NCBI GenBank assembly: GCA_964480435.1
Contig: CAYZSS010000016.1
Span: 6,554-18,382, forward strand
Direction: 5' to 3'
From: an uncultured archaeon
Lineage (GTDB): Archaea > Iainarchaeota > Iainarchaeia > Iainarchaeales > 0-14-0-20-30-16
Length of the DNA: 11,829 nucleotides
A program made the translations under genes and the position numbers. Within the stretch, counting starts at the first letter, position 1; each line of letters begins with the position of its first letter. The notes beneath the pieces are model-generated. The model did no database searches. It saw only the letters and a program-made list of their open reading frames with translations, and had not been told where the DNA came from. Below are positions 6,325 through 11,829 of the stretch, piece by piece.

Positions 6325-7686
6325 TTACTTTTTAATTACTTTCCAATGTCCACCTTTATCTGGACCTATTCTTTCTAAAATACCTTTTTGCTTTAAATTA
6401 TTTAAATGGAATTTGACTCCATTTGCACTAATATTTAACCTTTCAGACAATTCTTTTCTTGTAATTTGGGGACTCTCAGAAATTAACTGAAGCATTTTCT
6501 GGGTAGTTTTCTGGGTAGTTTTCTGGGTAGTTTTCTGGGTAGTTTTCTCTCTAGTGTCCAAGGTAGTTTCTGAAGCTTTTTCTTCTGTTCTTCTAAATAT
6601 AGATCTAAATTCAAAATCTTTAATTAATTCAAATTTAGTAGTTGGCTCTTTAGTAAGTATTTTCTTTATGCCTGTACCCCAACGCTCAACAAAATGAACT
6701 TTATGGAATATATCTGCAATTAATTCATTTCGTCTTTCAGATACATTTCGTGTTATTATTTCTTTTAAAGTAAGCCCCTTATGCAAATTACCCGGGTTTC
6801 TAATCTCAATTCTATCCCTAAAAACAGCAATATTAATTGAATCATAAAGAGTATAATCTCTATGGCAAAAAGCATTAATTATTGCTTCCCTAAATGCATC
6901 TTTATCAATTTCAGGAACATCAATTCTGCGCATTCCATCTAAACGCATACCAATATTTATATGACTTAAAATATATGTTTCTGCTTTTGTTATCAACTCA
7001 AACAAATCCCCTGTAAATTCCTGCATGTCAATTGGGCTTGCTGTATCTGTTGTAGCAAATGTAGCACATCTCAACTTGGCATTTTGAATATATTCTTCGG
7101 GATTATCTGCAAAAAAGACAACACACGCATTCAGTGGTTTTTCATTTTTTAATAAATTTAATTTATTTAAAACATTTATTTTTGAGTCATAAACCAAGCC
7201 AGCCAGTTTACAAAATTCAATTACTTTCTTCTCAGAGATATCTTTTAAATTTACACCTGGGCAAACTAAATTATCCCATTTACTTGAATTAATGTCATTA
7301 AAATACCTTTGTAACTCTGCAGTAGTCATTTGTTCATCTGAATCTGCAACCCTAAGATAATATCGCCCGTAAGCAGAGTAAGGGCTTTTTTCTCCTTGAA
7401 ATTCTATTTCAATAATTTCTTTATTATCAATTATCTTTTTTTCTATTTTGGGATAAATTTTTGGTTCAATATGGTCTAAAATAGATTTTTCAACATCTCG
7501 CAAGGTTTTTTCTGTTATTATTAAACCAATAACTTTACCTGCACCATTAATTCCAAAAATTAACTTACCTTTATTGTGTTTGTTAAGAATTGCTGAAATA
7601 GAAATAATACCTTCTTTTAATTGTGTTAAAGTCTTCTTTAATTCTATTACTTCTGATTCCTTGTAATCCATAATCTCACGTATCAT
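6325..7686 (-). CDS. AlbA_2 (Schlafen-like, 'divergent AAA_4') + HATPase_c_4 + C-terminal winged-HTH protein; not a helicase despite common 'RecG-like' labels
   Basis: N-terminal AlbA_2 pattern: ESEVIELKKTL...GIISISAILNKHNKGKLIFGINGAGKVIGL...YGRYYLRVADSDEQMTTAEL. HATPase_c_4 pattern: FREAIINAFCHRDYTLYDSINIAVFRDRIEIRNPGNL...ERRNELIADIF...VERWGTGIKKI. C-terminal wHTH: ITRKELSERLNISANGVKFHLNNLKQKGILERIG. ATG 7686 overlaps the livM stop (7676-7678) by 11 nt; the alternative ATG 7671 lies 4 nt after that stop. Confidence 0.8.
   Translation of the reverse strand: MIREIMDYKESEVIELKKTLTQLKEGIISISAILNKHNKGKLIFGINGAGKVIGLIITEKTLRDVEKSILDHIEPKIYPKIEKKIIDNKEIIEIEFQGEKSPYSAYGRYYLRVADSDEQMTTAELQRYFNDINSSKWDNLVCPGVNLKDISEKKVIEFCKLAGLVYDSKINVLNKLNLLKNEKPLNACVVFFADNPEEYIQNAKLRCATFATTDTASPIDMQEFTGDLFELITKAETYILSHINIGMRLDGMRRIDVPEIDKDAFREAIINAFCHRDYTLYDSINIAVFRDRIEIRNPGNLHKGLTLKEIITRNVSERRNELIADIFHKVHFVERWGTGIKKILTKEPTTKFELIKDFEFRSIFRRTEEKASETTLDTREKTTQKTTQKTTQKTTQKMLQLISESPQITRKELSERLNISANGVKFHLNNLKQKGILERIGPDKGGHWKVIKK
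6495..6548. repeat. perfect 12-bp tandem repeat TTTTCTGGGTAG x 4.5 (encodes (TTQK)4 in the AlbA_2 protein linker)
   Basis: Read directly: units at 6495-6506, 6507-6518, 6519-6530 and 6531-6542, plus a partial unit at 6543-6548. On the coding (minus) strand this gives KTTQKTTQKTTQKTTQK between the HATPase_c_4 and wHTH domains. Confidence 0.95.
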
Positions 7687-8545
7687 ACTTTATTCTGCCA
7701 AATACTCCTTTTGGCCAATAGATTAAAACTGCGATTAAAATAATTGCATAAATTAAGATTCTTGCAGGTCCAAGAATTGATGATGGTAGCCCAACAAATC
7801 TTAGAACCTCTGGAATAGTTGTAATAATTGCAGCCCCTAAGATAGGGCCCCAGAAAGATGCTAACCCACCAAGGATTGCAATAGTAAGAATTACAATTAG
7901 AGGTTGTAACAAGAAAGAATAAGGATCAATAAAAGTAATAAAACTTGCAAAAATTAGTCCAGCTAATCCACAAATTGCACCAGCAAAGAAAAGAACTTTG
8001 TACTTTACAGCATTTGTGTTCTTTCCCAACACCTTAACAGAAACTTCATCATCCCTTATGGCTTCCATTAATTTTCCAAATCTAGAATGAACTAATTTCC
8101 ATACTATTGCTAAAACGATTAGAAGAACTATTGTAGAGAAAAGCAAAAATTCTCCAGGTGTGTTAAAAACATATCCAAACAAAACAGGTTTTGCAATTCC
8201 AGCAATCCCAAAAGCACCATTAGAAAATTCAGAGTTAATTAAGATTGCAAAAACAACATAGGTAAATCCTAGAGTTGCAATTCCAAAGTAATCCCCTTTA
8301 AGTTTTTTAGTAATAAGTTGTAAAGCAATAGCGAAAAGCCCAGGAAGTACTATTGCCAAAAGAGCAGCAGGCCAGAATCCAAGTCCTGCTTTTGTTACTA
8401 AAGCATAAGAGTAGGCTCCAATACCAACAAAAGCAATTAATCCTAGGTTAAATAGCCCAAGATAACCAATAGTTAGGTTAGCAGCTACTGCAGTTAAAAG
8501 GTTGTAAATGAAAAAAACTAACACAGTTGCAAAGTAATTAAACAT
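7676..8545 (-). CDS. livM: branched-chain amino acid ABC transporter permease, LivM type
   Basis: Polytopic membrane protein with the LivM-type motif NLTIGYLGLFNLGLIAFVGIGAYSYAL. It also has the conserved cytoplasmic loop SRFGKLMEAIRDDEVSVKVLGKNTNAVKYKVLFFAGAICGLAGLIFA and ILGGLASFWGPILGAAII. SD GGGGT lies 5 nt upstream of ATG 8545. Confidence 0.85.
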   Translation of the reverse strand: MFNYFATVLVFFIYNLLTAVAANLTIGYLGLFNLGLIAFVGIGAYSYALVTKAGLGFWPAALLAIVLPGLFAIALQLITKKLKGDYFGIATLGFTYVVFAILINSEFSNGAFGIAGIAKPVLFGYVFNTPGEFLLFSTIVLLIVLAIVWKLVHSRFGKLMEAIRDDEVSVKVLGKNTNAVKYKVLFFAGAICGLAGLIFASFITFIDPYSFLLQPLIVILTIAILGGLASFWGPILGAAIITTIPEVLRFVGLPSSILGPARILIYAIILIAVLIYWPKGVFGRIKYDT

Positions 8546-8575
8546 AGTTACCCCAAAAAAAACATAAAAAATAGG

Positions 8576-8591
8576 TTATATAGTTATATAA
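8576..8591 (-). promoter_or_regulatory. AT-only inverted repeat TTATATA-GT-TATATAA, 31-46 nt upstream of the livM start (TATA-like / possible promoter)
   Basis: Read directly. The composition is pure A/T in an AT-rich genome, so chance occurrence is plausible. Confidence 0.2.
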
Positions 8592-8628
8592 AGGTATTTT
8601 TTCAGAGAAGTTAAAAAGAGAACAAGTT

Positions 8629-9759
8629 TTACCTTGTACCCTCATACACTTTATCTAGGCCTTTCTTAGAAAATACTATTTGCCATAATTGATTTTGAGC
8701 TAAGCTATTTGTTCTAAAAGAACCAGCACAAATTAGCAAATAATAAGTCCACATTCTGAAGAATCTATTATTATAGTTCTTCTTTAGTTTAGGCCAAGCC
8801 TTAACAAAGTTATTATACCACTCCATAAGAGTTTTATCATAGTCCAAACCAAAGTTTTGCCAATCTTGAAGAATAAACAAACTCTCTGTTGCACTTGTAA
8901 TTTGTTTTGCAGATGGCAACATGGAATTCGGGAAGATATACTTTGCCAGCCAAGGGTTTGTACTTACTACAGAAGTATTTCCTGCAATTGTGTGCAACAA
9001 AAATAACCCGTCATCTTTAAGACATTTTTTTACTACTTTCATGTACTCACGATAGTTTTTATAACCTACATGTTCGAACATTCCTAAAGATGCTATGGCA
9101 TCAAATTTTTCATCTACATCACGATAATCTTGTAATCTTATTTCTACATCCAAACCTTTGCATAATTCTTTTGCAAGCTTAACTTGTTCTTTTGAAATTG
9201 TTATTCCTACTACTTTTACTTTGTATTTTTCAGCAGCATACTTTGCAAAGCTTCCCCAACCACAACCAATATCCAAAACTTTCATTCCTGGTTTTAGTTT
9301 TACTTTTTTACAAACTAAATCCAGCTTATCTTCTTGGGCTTTATCTAGAGTTTTTGCATTCTTCCAATATCCACAAGTATAAACCATTCTTTTGTCCAGC
9401 ATAGCTTTGTAAAGATCATTTCCAACATCGTAATGTTGCTCTCCAACCTTTTTTGCTTTGACTTTAGTTTGCATATTATTTATTTTTGCCCAAAGTAAAG
9501 ACCAAAATACATGTGCAGAACCTTTTACTTGTTTATCTAATCTTGCACTTAGTACTTTTTCAATAAAAACATCAAGTTTTTTACAATCCCACCAGCCATC
9601 CATATAGGCTTCGCCTAATCCTAGAATTCCTTCAGCAAGAACTCGATTATAAAGCAGTTCATTGTGGACCTGAATATCCCAATCTCTTTTACCATTAATT
9701 TTCACATCTGCTTTCTTAAGCAAATCTTCAATATACTTCTTTGTTTTTGCATTTATCAC
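8629..9759 (-). CDS. cfa: cyclopropane-fatty-acyl-phospholipid synthase (CMAS-family SAM-dependent methyltransferase)
   Basis: Colinear over its full length with E. coli Cfa as I recall it. Shared blocks: LGLGEAYMDGWWDC, GEQHYDVGNDLY, LKPGMKVLDIGCGWG (SAM motif I), VVGITISKEQ, GLDVEIRLQDYRD, GMFEHVGYKNY, LLHTI, PWLAKYIFPNSMLPS, DWQNFGLDYDKTLMEWY, RMWTYYLLICAGSFR and QLWQIVFS. The GTG start at 9759 is preceded by AAGGTGA. Confidence 0.9.
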   Translation of the reverse strand: MINAKTKKYIEDLLKKADVKINGKRDWDIQVHNELLYNRVLAEGILGLGEAYMDGWWDCKKLDVFIEKVLSARLDKQVKGSAHVFWSLLWAKINNMQTKVKAKKVGEQHYDVGNDLYKAMLDKRMVYTCGYWKNAKTLDKAQEDKLDLVCKKVKLKPGMKVLDIGCGWGSFAKYAAEKYKVKVVGITISKEQVKLAKELCKGLDVEIRLQDYRDVDEKFDAIASLGMFEHVGYKNYREYMKVVKKCLKDDGLFLLHTIAGNTSVVSTNPWLAKYIFPNSMLPSAKQITSATESLFILQDWQNFGLDYDKTLMEWYNNFVKAWPKLKKNYNNRFFRMWTYYLLICAGSFRTNSLAQNQLWQIVFSKKGLDKVYEGTR

Positions 9760-9820
9760 AAAATCACCTTAAACAAAAATAAATATAGTAGAATTAATAA
9801 TAAAAAGAGTTAGGAAATAT

Positions 9821-9836
9821 AAAAGAAAAAGAAAAA
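9821..9836 (-). terminator. oligo-T tract cluster (T4, T5, T5 on the minus strand) immediately after the SBP3 stop
   Basis: Plus strand AAAAGAAAAAGAAAAA at 9821-9836, i.e. TTTTTCTTTTTCTTTT on the coding strand about 10 nt downstream of the stop at 9846-9848. This is consistent with archaeal-style oligo-T termination. No stem-loop is present. Confidence 0.3.
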
Positions 9837-9845
9837 GGAATTAGT

Positions 9846-10961
9846 TTATTTTTGTTCTACTAATTCACCATTTACTACTTTTTCTATTTTAAAATTAGCT
9901 TTTTCTGGAACTCCATCTTTATCTAATTTTATTGTCCCGCTTATTCCAGAGTATTCCATTCCAACTAAAGCATCTTTAACCTTCTCTGGGTCGTTACCTA
10001 CCTTCTCAATAGCTTGTTTTAGCATAAATAAACCATCATATGCTATGCTACTATACAAAGCATCGATTTCAGTTAATCCAGATTTAGCTTTTATCACTGT
10101 CTCAAAGTTAGAGTCCTCTAAGACCGTAACAACTCTAGAACCATAAACACCTTCAACTAAATCTTTATGATCAGCCACAAATGCAGGAGTTAATTGCTCT
10201 TGAACATAAAGAGTAATATTTAAGCCCATAGTTGAAGTTTGAGTTAGAACATTACCTAATTCTGCAGGGTAATCAGCAATAAATAATAATTCAGCATCTG
10301 TTGCCGCAACTTTTGTTAATTGCACTTTAAAATCTGTTGCATTAGCTTCATTGGATTCAGCAATTACTACTTTTCCACCTAGAGCTTCAAAGCTTTTTGT
10401 AAAGTAATCTTTCATCCCTTTTGTGTAATCATTCAGACCATAAATTATTGCAACTTTTCTTACACCTAAAGTATTGTAAATAAAGTCAGCACTAAAATTA
10501 CTTCCAAAATCATCTAAAGGATATAAAGTAAATACATATTCTCCCGCAGACCTAACATCAGGAGATGATGATGCAGGACTAATTAAAATTACTTTAGCTG
10601 CCTCAACAACAGGGGCACCAGTTAAAGTTTCACCACTACAAAAGCCACCCATAATATATTTTACACCATCCACATTTACTAATTTATTAAATACTTTGCT
10701 TGCTTCTGCGGCGTCACATTTTCCATCTTCTGGAATAAATTCAATCTTCTTTCCATCAATTTCGTTACCCATTTTTTCTGCTGCATATTCTAGAGCCGCC
10801 GCTGAAGAGTTACCATACATACCCAGAGCACCACTCATAGGAGCAACTACCCCAATCTTTATTGTTTCTTCTCCTTTTGTACCAGAGAATACAGCAATAA
10901 GCACAATTACAATGGCTATTGCAACAATAGCAATAGACCAACCAAGTATTTTATTATCCAC
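9846..10961 (-). CDS. LivK/LivJ-type substrate-binding protein, N-terminal membrane anchor (SBP3), GTG start
   Basis: The ORF-track start (10985) is a TTG. GTG at 10961-10959 is preceded by GGAGGC (10973-10968) with a 6-nt spacer. Product (M)DNKILGWSIAIVAIAIVIVLIAVF..., then IKIGVVAPMSGALGMYGNSSAAALEYAAEKMGNEIDGKKIEFIPEDGKCDAAEASKVFNKLVNVDGVKYIMGGFCSGE...YVFTLYPLDD. Confidence 0.85.
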   Translation of the reverse strand: MDNKILGWSIAIVAIAIVIVLIAVFSGTKGEETIKIGVVAPMSGALGMYGNSSAAALEYAAEKMGNEIDGKKIEFIPEDGKCDAAEASKVFNKLVNVDGVKYIMGGFCSGETLTGAPVVEAAKVILISPASSSPDVRSAGEYVFTLYPLDDFGSNFSADFIYNTLGVRKVAIIYGLNDYTKGMKDYFTKSFEALGGKVVIAESNEANATDFKVQLTKVAATDAELLFIADYPAELGNVLTQTSTMGLNITLYVQEQLTPAFVADHKDLVEGVYGSRVVTVLEDSNFETVIKAKSGLTEIDALYSSIAYDGLFMLKQAIEKVGNDPEKVKDALVGMEYSGISGTIKLDKDGVPEKANFKIEKVVNGELVEQK

Positions 10962-11047
10962 AATAATGCCTCCGTTTCTATACAATTAAATATCCATTAT
11001 ATTTTATATTTTGTTTTTTAAACTATTTATACTTATCCCAATAAATA

Positions 11048-11671
11048 TTATTCTCCACCAAATTGCTTATCTAACTCTTGCTGATCTAAGAAGTATACAT
11101 CATTTGGTAAACTAAATGCATAACTTACAGTAACACACTTCCAAGACATGTTGAATTGAGCCTCGCTTGAACTATATGCTGAGTTAGGGTCATAATCCCA
11201 TGTGCTTTTCCAAATATCTGCAGTAGAGGGAGTAGTATTCTTTGTTCCTACCTTTTTTCCAGCTGGAATATCTATCCCATATTGTTTATACATTGCAATA
11301 TATTCATTTGGTATTACTGAGCCTGTTTCTTGCCAAAGGTAAGTTGTTGTTTTATTATCTTTAAATTCTGTTTGTGCATTCATTGCACCTGTGCCAGTTA
11401 AACCATAGAACTGCATAAAACTCTTACTCTGTGACAAATACATAGTAATTGTTTGGTTATTTACTAGATATTCACATTTAACTGTTTTTCCACTTTCAAT
11501 AGCATTAACTATATTTTTCCAATCACTTAAAGTTGTACTTGCTGAATATGTTTCTCCTGCTTTTACTTCACCACTAGTCAAATTATCACCAGTTGGACTT
11601 CCTACACACCCACAAAAAAGCAGAGTTACACACAACAGCCCTAATATCACATACAAATATTTCATTTTCAT
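11048..11671 (-). CDS. secreted / lipid-anchored protein of unknown function (about 205 aa)
   Basis: N-terminal signal-like segment MKMKYLYVILGLLCVTLLFCGCVGSPTG, followed by a polar, Thr/Ser/Tyr/Trp-rich, probably beta-rich body with two further Cys. No family was recognised. GGGGGT directly abuts ATG 11671, so ATG 11665 (6-nt spacer) is the more likely start. Confidence 0.55.
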   Translation of the reverse strand: MKMKYLYVILGLLCVTLLFCGCVGSPTGDNLTSGEVKAGETYSASTTLSDWKNIVNAIESGKTVKCEYLVNNQTITMYLSQSKSFMQFYGLTGTGAMNAQTEFKDNKTTTYLWQETGSVIPNEYIAMYKQYGIDIPAGKKVGTKNTTPSTADIWKSTWDYDPNSAYSSSEAQFNMSWKCVTVSYAFSLPNDVYFLDQQELDKQFGGE

Positions 11672-11691
11672 ACCCCCATAAAATACAATAA

Positions 11692-11829
11692 TTACTGGTT
11701 ATCATAATCTAATAATTTCCCCTCTTTTACCATTCTTAAAGAGTAGGTTCTAATTCCATCATGTAGTTCATTTATGCTAATCAATCCAGATGATCCTTTA
11801 AAGTCTTTTAAGTTTTCTAAATAGGCCTT
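11692..11829 (-). CDS. C-terminal 45 codons of a fourth LivK/LivJ-type substrate-binding protein (5' part outside the window)
   Basis: The minus strand is open from the window edge to TAA (11694-11692): KAYLENLKDFKGSSGLISINELHDGIRTYSLRMVKEGKLLDYDNQ*. It aligns by eye with the C-termini of SBP2 (LYKIKDFNGVTGLTTIVSDGG...WQVKDGQFVKYE) and SBP3 (MEYSGISGTIKLDKDG...KVVNGELVEQK). It is not in the ORF track. Confidence 0.55.
   Translation of the reverse strand, partial: KAYLENLKDFKGSSGLISINELHDGIRTYSLRMVKEGKLLDYDNQ

Noticed and set aside
6495-6548. The 12-bp repeat as a mini CRISPR array or mobile-element terminal repeat
   Set aside because: The units are directly abutting with no spacers, lie inside an uninterrupted reading frame, and are in phase with codons. 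It is a coding tandem repeat.
6325-7686. Calling the 453-aa protein a RecG DNA helicase
   Set aside because: No Walker A/B or DEAH helicase motifs are visible. Only the HATPase_c_4 module that happens to occur at the C-terminus of some annotated 'RecG' proteins is present, together with AlbA_2 and a wHTH.
10962-10985. Eight extra N-terminal codons on SBP3 (MYRNGGII)
   Set aside because: The start is a TTG. The extension itself encodes the GGAGG Shine-Dalgarno that serves GTG 10961.
9158-10989. ORF-track entries 9158-9382(+), 9192-9404(+) and 10696-10989(+)
   Set aside because: They are antisense shadows inside cfa and SBP3, with no RBS or recognisable motif.
2495-11047. Numerous TATA-like (TTTATATA, TTATAAATA) and A/T palindromes in intergenic gaps as archaeal promoters
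   Set aside because: In DNA this AT-rich such strings arise by chance, and spacing to the start codons is inconsistent with the SD-bearing leaders. Only the most structured examples were kept, at low confidence.
1-11829. Search for tRNA/rRNA genes, CRISPR arrays, transposases/integrases, IS inverted repeats and prophage genes
   Set aside because: No GC-rich structured stretch of tRNA size was found, no spaced direct repeats, and no ORF with DDE, tyrosine or serine recombinase motifs. The foreign-looking genes (cfa, AlbA_2, TA) have no visible flanking repeats.

Overview
AT-rich (about 30-35 % G+C by eye, not computed), densely coded prokaryotic window, mostly on the minus strand. Membrane-anchored binding proteins without lipoboxes, a tandem Lrp/AsnC regulator, DUF134 and oligo-T tracts after genes suggest an uncultivated archaeon (DPANN-like). 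This cannot be proven from the sequence, and an AT-rich bacterium remains possible. From left to right the window holds: the 3' end of a PHP-family phosphoesterase gene; a RelE-like toxin/antitoxin cassette; a small-protein pair made of a DUF5320-like 48-aa ORF (missing from the ORF track) plus DUF134; and a tandem-duplicated Lrp/AsnC regulator. The rest is an atypical Liv-type (HAAT family) ABC transporter locus. It has four paralogous substrate-binding protein (SBP) genes, LivG and LivF ATPases, but only one LivM-type permease and no LivH. Two foreign-looking genes interrupt the locus. One is a strongly bacterial-type cyclopropane-fatty-acyl-phospholipid synthase (cfa). The other is an AlbA_2/HATPase_c_4/wHTH protein (often mislabelled 'RecG-like') that is translationally coupled to livM and carries a perfect in-frame 12-bp x 4.5 tandem repeat. 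No rRNA, tRNA, CRISPR array, transposase or integrase was recognised. The best candidate for something undescribed is the operon-embedded AlbA_2/HATPase_c_4 protein within the rearranged liv locus. The DUF5320-DUF134 module with its duplicated start region comes second. All functional calls rest on motif recognition by eye, with no database search.
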